DNA of 62,984 nucleotides, filler included, from Octopus bimaculoides (taxonomy: Eukaryota), in NCBI RefSeq assembly GCF_001194135.2. It is 9 parts of 8 records of this genome, joined end to end, with 100 filler letters (N's around TTAATTAATTAA, not from the genome) between each part and the next. Parts side by side here need not be neighbours in the genome. Positions count along the whole stretch, not along the records: positions 21,751 to 33,021 come from NC_068989.1; positions 33,122 to 37,681 come from NW_026381436.1; positions 37,782 to 53,226 come from NC_068982.1; 6 more parts are not named here. One strand, given 5' to 3'. Both the position numbers and the translations under genes were made by a program. Shown piece by piece: positions 27,118 to 40,007 of the stretch. Numbering within the stretch: the first letter of the stretch is position 1; each line of letters opens with the position of its first letter. Under the pieces are notes generated by a model. It worked only from the letters and a program-made list of their open reading frames with translations, searched no databases and was not told where the DNA came from.

Positions 27118-27674
27118 ATGATGGTCTTGTTGGTGAAAGTGGAGGCAATGAATGCGGTGGTGTTGGTGGTAGTGGCAGCGATAGGGGTGATGGGAGTATG
27201 GAATGTGTCCCTATCTGCGATCGAACATATAATTTGAATGTTACATATGAGAAACAGAGAAAGAGCGAGAGAGAGAGAGAGAGAGATAGAGAGAAAGAGA
27301 GAGAGAGAGAGAGAAGGAGAAGAGAGAGAAGGAGAAGACAGAGAAAACGAAATGAATAAATAAATAAATAAATAAATAAATAGATCGAGAGATATATACG
27401 AAACTGATTTGTTGAAGAATAGTATATATTGGTACATGGACAGATTAATATATTTTTGGAAGGAAATTAAATGTCCCCAAAATGGGAATTCTTGTAAAAG
27501 AATGAGATGAATAAGACGAAGCTGATGATTACAATGACGATAGTGATGATGAGAAGGAGAAGATGTAGGTGGAGGGGGAGGAGGAGGAGGACGGACATCA
27601 TCTTCATTTTTATATTCATCAATAAAAAATCCTCCAATACATCAATAAAAAGAAATATCGCAATCAATAATAGC

Positions 27675-27711
<37 letters not shown>

Positions 27712-27739
27712 TGATAATAATGATAATAATGATAATAAC

Positions 27740-28606
27740 AGGATTTAAGATGCACCGCCCAAACTCTGACATAGAAATTTTATATATAGAACGTATAGAA
27801 TGTGATAGAGGTCTTACAGAGCTAGAAAACTATTAGAAAATAACCAGCATAGGACTACAAAAATACCTAAGGAAAACTAATACAAATAGCTACAAACATG
27901 AAGAAAACAAAAAAACTGTTTTCAGTCTTTAAGGAAGCTGAAAAATACAAACAAGAAGTCATAGTACCTAATAACTATGAAGAAAAAGAAGAAACAACAA
28001 AAGCTGTAAAACAACTGAAATCCAAACTAAAACTAGAACAGCAACGGATCATAATAAAATGATGGCAAGAAAAAACCCTTCATGGCAAATACTGAGCTAA
28101 ACTATATGCAAAAGAAATAGACAAAGCAAAATCCCAACAATGGCTTGGAAGCTCGGGACAAAGCAGAGACTGGAGAATTTTTAATTGCAGCACAAGACCA
28201 AAACCTCCCCACCAGAAATTACCAAAAGCATATAATGAAAAGAAACATAACAAGTAACTGCAAAATATGAAGAGATCGACAAGAAACAATAAATCATATT
28301 GTCTCTGGCTGCCAAGCCCTGGCTAAGAAGGAATATATTCACAAACGCAACACAGTTGGGACCTACATACTATGGAAGCTATGCCAACACTATGGAATAA
28401 CAACAGAAAGAAGAGATGGTATAGGCACATGACAGAAAAGGTCACACAAAATGAGAAAGCAACAATAATATGGGATATGCCAATACACAGAGAAATTAAA
28501 ACCAATTGACCAGATATAGTTGTCAGAGACCATGAAAGGGGAAAAATGCTTTCTAACTGATGTATCAATACCAACAGACAACAACGTTTCTCTAAAAGAA
28601 ATGGAG
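27740..28606 (+). mobile_element. R4/Dong-type LINE fragment (RT thumb, CCHC finger, start of REL nuclease), many stops and frameshifts
   Basis: MHRPNSDIEILY..., LIAAQDQ, QETINHIVSGCQALAKKEYIH, IWDMPIH, PDIVVRDH, VSIPTDNNVSLKEME; begins at the end of a (TAA)n array. Confidence 0.9.
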
Positions 28607-28769
28607 AGTAGAGATTGCATCTATAAACAGCTAGACGAGGCGTCCTCTTGGAATTAAAATATGATCGTAACGTCGGTTCGTACGGTGCAGCCATGTCGAA
28701 GTGGCGGAAAACATTACTACTCAGTACAGTTACTATTTAGATATCTTATAGAAATTTTCTATATATATT

Positions 28770-28825
<56 letters not shown>

Positions 28826-28869
28826 CACACATATATACACACACACACATACACACACAGATACATATC

Positions 28870-28901
<32 letters not shown>

Positions 28902-30187
28902 CGTTAACCTTTATTTTAATGTCGAACCGTTATAAAGAGAATTTTACATAAAATGGAAGGATGAGTTAATACATTTTGTAGAGTACATATAAAAACACAA
29001 TGCAGAGTTTGTGGACTTTGCTTTTTCTATTAAGTTGCTGGCGAGAGTATTAGTAATGACATGTATTATAGCATACTATTTGGCATGTATAGAGATACGA
29101 ATGAGGAGGTGGGTTAATGAAAATTTCTGTACTCATAAAAAAATACAGTAATTTTTTTTCAGTAGCCCACAAAATTTTCGCAATCAATTATTATATCACA
29201 GCCGTGTATAGAATTACCAGAAATTACAAAGACAACCGTGCAGTTATTTGAATGATTCTGTGTCCGGAGTGTTATGTTATCTTTTATTTTCTTTATTGAA
29301 ACCAATGAAAGAGTAAGTGCTATACAGGATTGTTTCCAAAAGCTGTGAATCATCATTGAACAAAATTTCATGTTCCCAACGTTATAGCATAAAGATATTT
29401 TTGCAAATCAGACGTTGGTTTTATAAAGAGACCTTCAGGATACTTGACATGGGTTGTAAGGGTTATTATAAGAAAATGTGACACCAGCTTGCTAACAGTA
29501 AGTATTATGAAATTATTATATGAACATGCAAAATGTCTTACTTTGATTTGATATTCACTATTTAACTGCGAAACTCAACAAGTAACTGGTTGAATATAAA
29601 CGTTGCTGTCAAACTAGTCTGTCTTTTGTGTCCTGTATTTTGCCAAGAGGTTACAGAATAAATAATTATCAGAAACCTTATAGTTACTTGACAGAAAGTT
29701 GAGATTGAGATGTAGAAAAGTAAAACATTTCCTGTTTTCTTTGAGATACATTGATTTAAAAAGACATAATGATTGATAACTTAAAGATCTAACAGCAAGC
29801 AGTCTTGGTATATACATGCAGGAATCTATGGAATGGAAAGTGAGTGCCGGAAAAATAGGAACCTGATGGCAACACCTCACAGATATCAACGAATCCACTT
29901 GAAATAGTACGAAAGACATTCAGATATTTTGCTGAATCCTGTTGAACATTTTGGTAGCATAATATCGAAATAAGTGAGATCAAAGAAAGAATAAAATTGT
30001 TGCAACCACAACGACGTCTGCAAAAGGTACACACCGCTTGGAAAAAAAAAATTGATTACAATTTCAGCAAAAATACACAATTCCAGAGGAATCGTAATTT
30101 CAAAAGGCCAAAGGACTAATTCTTAGACGTTAGTCGTGAAATTGAGAACACTATCATGAACATTGAAATGTTAGAATGTAATGTTAT

Positions 30188-30366
30188 GAAATGCTTAGCG
30201 GTATTTCACCTGTCTTTTTACGTTCTGAGTTCAAATTCCACCGAGATCGACTTCGCCTTTTATCTTTTCGGGGTCGTAAATTAAGTATCAGTTGCGTACT
30301 GGGGCCGATCTAATCGACTGGCTCCCTCACTCAAAATTTTGAACCTTGTGCCTAGACAAGAAAAGA
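30188..30366 (+). mobile_element. SINE family B
   Basis: Core and CCTTGTGCCTAGACAAGAAAAGA tail. Confidence 0.85.
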
Positions 30367-30693
30367 ATGTAATGTTATGTAAAAACTACTTTTTCGTTAT
30401 ACATAAGATCAAGATAACGAGAGCGCGAAGAAATTGTAGGGATGAAAACCGACCAAGAAACTTTTCTGACAATTGTTTAAAAGACAGAAATATAAAGATG
30501 ACACCAGTACAGTACACTCAAGAAAAGATTTTCCGAATATCAACAAAATATAATGCTGAAATACGTATAGTAAAAACCAAAACAGAAAGGAAGAGTAATA
30601 TTAAACGGATTGAGAAGATGATGCAAACATGAGGCTGGTTGAAAGGTGATCGCACGTCTACAGCCTGGGTTATGGATTTTGATTGTTCTGTGT

Positions 30694-30778
<85 letters not shown>

Positions 30779-31140
30779 TGGATGGATAGATATACGTATG
30801 TATATTAACGCTCACGCTCCTAAACATAGGTATTTGAATCAAATTTTTTGCAATCTGGCCGTCCTTTCACACGGGATTCCATCTGTCTTTTGAACCGAAA
30901 CCCTGAAGAGACTTATATACATGGATATGAATTGTTTATAAATCAAATAATGTATATAAGTCGGAACAAATTGTTGGCTTTTTGGCTTTTAAATCATTTT
31001 TTATGTTATCTTATATCATATTCATAATATGTTATGTTGTAATATAAATAAATTGTTATATTGTTAATTGAATCTCTCTATTCAATTTATTGTTTGTAAT
31101 TTGTATTATACCCCTATTTTTGTGGTATTCAACTAAGCAA

Positions 31141-31281
31141 AATATGTTGTAACCCATCTTTTATAGAACAAGTTTTGTCTTGGTATATATTTTATACCAA
31201 GACAAAACCTATACATGATAACACATCCAATCAGTTAAGGTCGGAAGCCACGAGAGCCAGTTACTGGTACTGCTTTTGGAC

Positions 31282-31284
<3 letters not shown>
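31141..31284. repeat. Partial copy of the TAA-embedded interspersed element
   Basis: Matches about 31843-31947; abuts (TTA)n. Confidence 0.75.
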
Positions 31285-31332
<48 letters not shown>

Positions 31333-31343
31333 CATTATTATTA

Positions 31344-31408
<65 letters not shown>

Positions 31409-31437
31409 GTTGTTGTTGTTGTTGTTGTTGTTGCTGT
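31283..31437 (+). repeat. (ATT)n to (GTT)n compound microsatellite
   Basis: Direct reading; source of the poly-I/Y/N ORFs. Confidence 0.95.
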
Positions 31438-31440
31438 TAT

Positions 31441-31947
31441 TATATGCCATCAAAGTGACACTGGGGTAAAATATACGAAGCTCAATATAGCCATCATGAC
31501 AACCCGTCTGCTAAGGGGTACAATAGGCACATGCATCACAACCTCATGAGAGCGACATGGTGATCTCATATCAAGATAAACAGCACACGACCATGCAGGT
31601 CGAGTAGCCCATCATGTTCAAAAGGTCCCTGAATAAGGTTTGCTTAAGGATGTTGAGAAAAACACCCATGTTTCCAAAGATGAATTATTCAAACCCCAAA
31701 GAATTCCTCTCAACATATGGCTACGATGCTCCCCCACTACTTCTGCTCATGATCAGAGATGCACATATCTTCAGCCACTAAAGGACATGCTTACCTGGTT
31801 AAGGTCAAACAATTGACAAGCAAACCTGTGGTACTGAACAGAATATTTGCTGTAGCCCATCTTTAATACCAAGACAAAACAATGTACATGATAACATTTC
31901 CACTCAGTTAAAATCAGATGCCATGAGAGCCACTGTCTAATACTGCA
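31441..31947. mobile_element. Unclassified ~500-bp non-coding interspersed element flanked by (TAA)-type arrays
   Basis: Aligns along its length with 58055-58470; no ORF and no recognisable tRNA head. Confidence 0.8.
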
Positions 31948-31997
31948 TTATTATTATTATTATTATTATCATTTTTATTATTATTATTATTATTATT

Positions 31998-32051
<54 letters not shown>

Positions 32052-32389
32052 GCTATTCAGTAGTTTTATTTTTATAGCGTGCTTTCACTGCACTACCGAG
32101 CGCGGATCTGTGTGCCTTGGATATGTGCTGTGGTTTGTTGTGATGCTCAGTATGTGTGCGGTGCTTAGCAGTGCTATTTTCTGTGTGTTATATATACACT
32201 TGTAAGTCCTGCAGTTTCTGTTATGCATTTGTCTAAATATGCTTTTTATCATACATAATGCGCCTACTCTGATAGGAGTTGTTTCTGTTTTTAGTCTCTA
32301 TTCATCTTTTTCTCCTTCTTCTTCTTCTTCTTCTTTTTCTTCTTCTTCTTCTTCTTCTTCTTCTTCTTCTTCTTCTTCTTCTTCTTCTT

Positions 32390-32448
<59 letters not shown>

Positions 32449-33413
32449 CGCTATTTAAAACAGTTTGATTCGGATCCATGTGACTTAAAGCTTCGTAGGA
32501 GCCTTACAGAAACCTACCCCGTTCAGGCTTAGATTACTAAACGAATAGACACAGAAAGTCCAAGATAGCTACTGGAAAATGGGCTGCTATTGACCAAAGC
32601 GGATCACCTGGTGTTGTCAGCACAAAATCGACCATCCAGCGACAGCAATTCCGTTAGACAAGGAAATTGGTCTGCGTGGCTGGGCAGGAAGCTGATGGCG
32701 TCTTAGTGTCTGGATGCTGGCTGAAGCAAGGCCGGTGAATGTGTGCGTATGTGAGTGCGTGTGTATACCTGGAAAATCATATATGGGAACGTGTGTGTGT
32801 ATGTGTGTGTGTGTGTGTGTGCGTGCGTGTGTGTGTGTGTGTGTATGTGTGCGTGTGTGCATGTGTATGTTCGTGCGTGTATCTAAGTGTGTACATTTTT
32901 GCGTTTGTATATAAACGCATGGGTGCATGCGCTTCTCTGAGAGAACATATGTGGGTGCATGCATGGGTTTTGGCTGGTTTGTATGATTACATATACACAT
33001 ACATATATATTTCTCTCTCTCNNNNNNNNNNNNNNNNNNNNNNNNNNNNNNNNNNNNNNNNNNNNTTAATTAATTAANNNNNNNNNNNNNNNNNNNNNNN
33101 NNNNNNNNNNNNNNNNNNNNNTATATCATCCATTCAGTGAACTGTTGAGGAATACCTGAATACCTCATAAATCTTTTGACTTCTTAAATCATTTAACTTC
33201 TTAAAGCATTGATAAAAATGTTATTTCTCTTAACAAAAATGCTTTCTAATAATAATTTCACAGTATGCGACTACATTTCTCTGGAGAAGACTAATAAGCG
33301 CGAAATACGTCCGGGGTTGTCACTCTTTCTATCAAAAGTCAGAGTTTTCAGAGTTTTTTTTTTGTTTTTTTTCTACACAACTTTACCAATTTTTGAAATG
33401 AGAAAAAGAATTG

Positions 33414-33484
33414 AAAAAATCTTTGAAATGAGATGATACGTTAGGCTATCATGCTGATGTATCGTCTCATTTCAAAGATTTTTT
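33414..33484. repeat. Inverted repeat: 26-bp arms, 19-nt loop
   Basis: 33414-33439 versus 33459-33484, one mismatch (G.U-compatible on the + strand). Confidence 0.85.
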
Positions 33485-33977
33485 TTTTTTTAATCTGACA
33501 TATCTCACTTTCTTTTGTTTGATTAATATAACCGTTGTTCAACAATACTTACCTCCCCTCTATACAGCTATAATCTTGATTAACTAAACTTAATGTGATG
33601 ACCGCATTACGTATATTAGCACTTATTTCAGTATTTTTCTTGTAACTACGTTCATGCAACTAAATTCATATTTTTCAACAGGAAGTAGACAACAAAATGT
33701 CGGATTAAGACTACGAATTAAAGAAGAAAATCAAAATCAACGACGGTAATAACAGAAGCAAAATTGCTCGAATATCGCGCTTTGACAGTTCTATTTCAGA
33801 TGAATGTAACAACGTTGAAAAAAAAAAATCAATGTTATTTTACTGATGCATTTGGGCAAGTCTATGTCTCTGTTAGCAGACAATCGCAAAAAAAATCTTT
33901 CAAAAAATTCAAGACTCTGCAAAAATCCGGTACAAATTCTTCATGGTTCAAAACGTTGCTTACTTTTTACTCGAGCT

Positions 33978-34077
<100 letters not shown>

Positions 34078-34157
34078 TGGCAAACTGAATCGCTGTCAAT
34101 GGAAGGAAACAAGACTTCAATATGCTGAAAATTAATATTTCATTATTTATTGTGGCT

Positions 34158-34302
34158 TTACGTTCTGAGTTCAAATTCCACCGAGGTCGATTTCGCCTTT
34201 CATCCTTTCGGAGTCGATAAATTAAGTACCAGTTGCGCCTGGTACTTATCGACTGACCCCCTCCCAAAAGATTTCAGGCTTTGTGCATAGGGTAGAAAAG
34301 AA
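34158..34302 (+). mobile_element. SINE family B, 5'-truncated
   Basis: GAGGTCGATTTCGCCTTTCATCCTTTCGGAGTCGATAAATTAAGTACCAG. Confidence 0.85.
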
Positions 34303-35029
34303 TATTTCATTATTCATCTGTTTCGTTGCAAAATGAAAAATGTTTCAATCTCTCGATGTTATCAACAGTATGCCAGATAAGAATAATAGAACAAAATACA
34401 GAGTTAATAGCTGGAAAATTAATTTTAAATGGAGTTCATCTCCAACTATATATTCTGTAACTTTTCCATATTACCATGCTTAGCATAAGTTTGCCATTTG
34501 CACCTGAAGTGGGCTTCTGGGATTTTGTGGAGCGTTCAGTCTGCAAAATTTTTGACTTTGCTTGAAGCTACTAGCGCAGCAAAGAGGAAGGCCATGAATT
34601 CCATAAGTGAAGCTACAGAGAAGGTCCCTAGACGGCTTTGGATAAAGTGGGTAGACCGGTGGTTTGGTGCTACTGGTGTGCAATCTGGGATTTGATCAAC
34701 CCCGGCTGGATGAGGAGGTCTGGTGTTGAAAGACCCGAAATATTTATAACCCCCAGAAACACTACTGATGATGCAGCCCAGAGTATAAATGAGATGTACC
34801 ATAGAACTTAACTAAAAAGGTGTATGCATTTGTGTATATAGACACGCATATACATACATACATACATACATACATACATACATACATACATACATACATA
34901 CATACACGCACACACTCATAAATACACATGCACACACAAACACACATACACACACACTCACACACACACAGAAACACACATACACACATATGTAGCTATG
35001 TACATATATGTATGGATATNNNNNNNNNN

Positions 35030-35086
<57 letters not shown>

Positions 35087-35509
35087 AACCTCTGCTATCG
35101 GTATTGTCATTCATCTTATTGTAGTTTATTTTCATTTTTTTTCTGGTCGCACCTACTCAATTTTGAGAGAGGCTTGGCTTCGTGCATCCATGGTAGGTTT
35201 TTCTGTCCCCTACTATATTGTGTAGCATTAGAATTTGCATAATGGGAGAAGTGTGTATATGTTTTAGAGCTTTCAACATTCATCATTATATTTATTGCGG
35301 AAATCTGATAAGGTAAAATTTCTACAAATGCTTTGTAATTATTACACAATTTTACTGAAACGCGTGTATGTTCTATGAAGCAATGGATACCATACCTGTT
35401 TTCTATATATTAATATTTACACACACACACACACACATATATATATAAGCATATAATATGTACGTATGTATATGTGTATAAATGTATCTCTCTATGTGTG
35501 TGTGAATGT

Positions 35510-35735
35510 GTGTGTCTGTCTTTGTGCCCCTGTTTGTCCCCCACCACCGCTTGACAACCGGTGTTGGTGTACGTTGGTGCGTTTAAGACCACGTAACTTA
35601 GCAGATCGGCAAAAGAGACTGATAGAATAAATACCAGGCTTTAAAAAACACATGTGCTGGGGTTGATTCATTCGACTAAAGTTCTTCAAGACAGTGCCCC
35701 ATCATGGCTGCAGTCTAATAACTGAAACAAGCACA
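35510..35735 (+). mobile_element. SINE family D, 3' half
   Basis: CCGCTTGACAACCGGTGTTGGTGT...CGGCAAAAGAGACTGATAGAATAA...ACTGAAACAAG; matches 55262-55440. Confidence 0.8.
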
Positions 35736-35949
35736 GGAAAAAGATACATGTGTGTGTGTACATGTGCATATGTGTGCATATGTGTGCATGTGTGTGTGGT
35801 ATATAATGTTTAGAGCCAACATTATTCTCTCTTTATTTGATAGAATCGAGGCTGCATTCCACGACTCAACTGAAAGAATATACATACAGGAAAACCCTAA
35901 GATGGCTTACTTAATGTGTCGAGGCTAAGACGAAGACAACACTCACACA

Positions 35950-36860
35950 GTTTTCCTGATAGAAATATACTGATGACTACGTCCATGTGTTGCGGAGAAC
36001 AGAGGATACTTTAAGTTTTTGCTTGAAAATTTACGTTCGGTAGACTCAAGTTCTTTATCAGCCATGTTGTTCCTCAGGCCAAATGACATAACCTGAGCTC
36101 TTTATTATCGACCGCAAAAGTTGGTAGAGGCAAGCCTCCTTACGTATCTGGGAAATGCAATCGTTAACGATAATGGTATTTGATGGATTAGAGCACAGAG
36201 TGAGCAAGGCCAGCTTGGCATTTGAAAGTAGAGAAAACAAATGTGGAAAAAGTATATAAAAGTCCAAATGAAATACAAGCTGTACCAAACATGGATCAGA
36301 GGCACGGGTGATAGACTGCAAACTTGTAAAAGAAAAAACGCGGCATCCATTCATGAGGAGACACCTGACCAGCAGCTAAGCTGGGGCTGCTGGTGATGGC
36401 TTGTATAGGCTTTGGGTCCTGGGGAGTGTGACAGAGTCAATGGCTGCCCCGGACGGCACACATTCTAGCTTTGCTAATGCACCTGACGCAGTATATGAAC
36501 ATCAGACAGAAAGACAAAGTCGGAAACATCCTCATCCTAGAGTACACTATGCTCCCTAAACGTAACTCTGCTGAGATATTATTGGTGCAACGTAAGCTCT
36601 GCTGGATGGTGATTATCTAAAGAATATAGCAAACAGTTGCCAAAATAAATACTCGACTCACTTGATTAGCGGTACGATACATTAAAGTACATCATAACAT
36701 AAGTACAAGGATGTGATTAAACATGACACGTGGATATTGGAGAGTGACACCTGCAGCTGAAAATCTACCAGCCACAGCAGCTGAAGATAAAAACAGAGTG
36801 CAGGCGATCGAATCTCGTCTGATACTACGACTCGCTACATGTCATGGACAGTCGTCGTCA
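35950..36860 (+). mobile_element. Decayed RTE-clade LINE, RT C-terminal region
   Basis: Broken motifs TYLGNAI, VSKASLAF, IRQKDKVGN, QRKLCW, KYKDVIKHD in the order expected for RTE/BovB-like ORFs. Confidence 0.65.
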
Positions 36861-36927
36861 ACTATTTACGGGCTGCTAATGATGATGAAGGCGACGACGA
36901 CGCAGCAGCAGCAGCAGCAACAGCAGC

Positions 36928-36962
<35 letters not shown>

Positions 36963-37073
36963 AGTAGCATACTTTGTTCAAACAGAAACGAGAGCAAACA
37001 ACACTGAAGTAATAGACTCTGTTTACATAACAAGTTTAAATATCTCAGAATGACACATAGGTATTGCAATGGA

Positions 37074-37107
<34 letters not shown>

Positions 37108-37927
37108 TTTCACTCTCCCTCCTTCTCTCCCATCTTTTCACAAACTCTACTAGCTTTAACCTACCCCAACACTCTTTCACTCTCTCTCTCTCTCTTCCTC
37201 TTACCCCTCCTCTCTTTCTCCCCATATAATTGTAAATGGTGTAATATCTCATTTTTTTCAATTTATCATTCTTTCAAAATATAAATTATATCATGGATAT
37301 TAAAAATAATAAATATGAAATTTTATACAAAATAACATGATATAATACAATATAATACAATACAATACAATATAATACAATACGATATAGATACAACTAC
37401 AGCAATGGAAGCATTGGGCCTTATTATTCCAGATTCGATATTTCAATGTAAATATAAAAATGGCTACTGATATTGTTTTGTTTGCTTTAAGTATGGGAAT
37501 TTTTTAATATTCGGTATGTATTTACTCTTGAGCTTTTCCAATTGCATTCTGTCAAGTTAGCTCCAGATCTTCTGGGAGGCTTCAATAATAACTGCCAATC
37601 GATTGCTTTACTCTTCTTGGATTTAGCAGTTTCATTACTTTTCAAACACAAGATCCGAATTTTACACACACACACACACACNNNNNNNNNNNNNNNNNNN
37701 NNNNNNNNNNNNNNNNNNNNNNNNNTTAATTAATTAANNNNNNNNNNNNNNNNNNNNNNNNNNNNNNNNNNNNNNNNNNNNTTAACCCTCTCTCTCACCC
37801 TTCTCCTTCACGCTATTTATGTGTGTATATATATGTGTGTGCCTGTGTGTATGTTTATGTATATATATGAATAAAAATTGAATAAAAAATTTTATATATA
37901 CATATATACATATAGATAGATAGATAA

Positions 37928-37992
<65 letters not shown>

Positions 37993-38001
37993 CAGACCGG
38001 C

Positions 38002-38052
<51 letters not shown>

Positions 38053-38307
38053 GATATTTCAATATCTACATATATCCATGTGCGCATGTATTTTAATGTT
38101 TTCAGATTTATGAGCGAGCGTTTACGTACTGTTTGCAGTGACTGTCTTTTAATGTGTACTTGGCTGTATGAATTAATATATGGTTGCATCTGTTTATGTC
38201 TGTATGCGAATAAGCGTTGGTACATATGCGCATGCACAGCGAGTGCATATCAGTGTCTATAAATATGTGTAAAGAGTTTGCGTTCGCGTGCGTGTGTGTA
38301 TGTGTGT

Positions 38308-38367
<60 letters not shown>

Positions 38368-38432
38368 NNNNNNNNNNNNNNNNNNNNNNNNNNNNNNNNN
38401 NNNNNNNNNNNNNNNNNNNNNNNNNNNNNNNN

Positions 38433-38507
<75 letters not shown>

Positions 38508-38795
38508 CCCTTTTCAAAGACTTACCTCCTGAAGATAAATATATGCATATATTTTAAAGCCAAGTCATGTATAGAACACACACACATACACGCATGCACA
38601 CACAAACACACACTAAAACACACACACATACACTCAAAGTACGTTATTAAGTACTCAATAAAGTAAAATTATGCCGCTTAAAATTCATTGCCTTTCCAGA
38701 TATGTCGATTATTGTTATTGCATGAAACCTTGATCGCCTATGTGAGTGGGGGAGGTGGTATATGAATGTTTATATGTAGATAGGTAGGTATGTGT

Positions 38796-38853
<58 letters not shown>

Positions 38854-38920
38854 CAGCGGTTAGTTGTTAGCAATGTCAAAGAGTTGGGCAAAATGGCTTG
38901 CGATATTTCTTCTTGTTCTT

Positions 38921-40007
38921 TACAACGAAATGCTGAAAAGTTCCTGATTTGTGTGATAGAAAATACAGGAAGTTCAGTTAATTTTGATTTTATTCAACAT
39001 ATTCCCCTTTGAGATTCACACACTTATTGCAGCGGTTCTTCGGATTTTCCAAGCCTTGTGAAAAGAACTCGGGAGGTTGGCCTTCCAAACAAGCCACTGC
39101 AGCAGCGATAATTTCCGAATCGGAATGAAATTTCGTTCCCTTATGATATTTCTTCAGTTATAGAAAAGGGTGATAATCAGATGGGGCCAAATCAGAAGAA
39201 TGGATGGTCTACCAATTCGAAGTTAAAGTCGCGTATTTTCCGTAGAATTTCATGTGCTATGAGTGCTGGTGCTTCGTCCTGCAAAAGCAGGACACCATGG
39301 CTCAGCTTCACCACAGTATTTCTGCTTCAAAGCTTCAGCCAGTTCGTCCAACAGAGACATTTAGTATGTGCGTTGATGGTGCGACCATTGGCAGGTATTT
39401 TGTGGCGAGGACTCCGTCTTTGTAACAGGACGCTGAAACCAGAATCTTTCCTGCTGACTTCTGGGTTAGAAATTTCTTGGGACGCTGTGAACCGCTGTGG
39501 TATCACTCCATTGATTGCTTGGTCTGGAGATCATTGCTTGGTCTGAAGATCATTGCTTGATCTGGAGATCATTGCTTGGTCTGAAGATCATTGCTGGATC
39601 TGGAGATCATAATGATGACGCCAAGTTTCATCCATTGTGAATAAACGAGCCATAAATTTAGCCTCTATCGCCACAAACAGGTCCAAAATCGCCTTTGATG
39701 TCGTCATTCTGATGGACTTCTGTTCTGCGTTCAGGCATTTTACTACGCATTTTAGGGAGAGCTTTCTCATGTCCAGAATCTTGTGGATGATGTGGCTAAC
39801 TCTTACGTAGGAATTTTCCAAAATCTCAGCTATGACTTTTGCTGAAATCCGATTGTCCTCGAGAATCATGACGTATACAGCGTCGCCTTTGTTCTCTGTG
39901 GTTTCGGAAGTTGGCCGTCCTGACCTGGGTTTATCTGTGACCTCGAGATGAACAGTCCGAAACTGTGACACCCAGATTTCCACTGTGGAGTATGACGGGT
40001 ATGATGG
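38921..40007 (-). mobile_element. Decayed mariner transposon (right TIR plus most of the transposase; 5' end missing)
   Basis: PSYSTVEIWVSQF, DKPRSGRP, TMDETW, SSDLAPSDY, KGEYVE*; TIR-like TA-CAACGAAATGCTGAAAAGTTCC at 38921. Confidence 0.9.
39514..39608 (+). repeat. 19-bp minisatellite x5 inside the mariner
   Basis: ATTGCTTGGTCTGGAGATC and variants, alternating GGA/GAA. Confidence 0.95.

Noticed and set aside
25560-27200. Proline, Asp and Ala-rich low-complexity ORFs around the large gap
   Set aside because: Mixed GAT/GGT/GCT trinucleotide arrays, open in several frames.
39514-39608. CRISPR-like regular repeat
   Set aside because: Head-to-tail units with no spacers, eukaryotic context, no cas genes.
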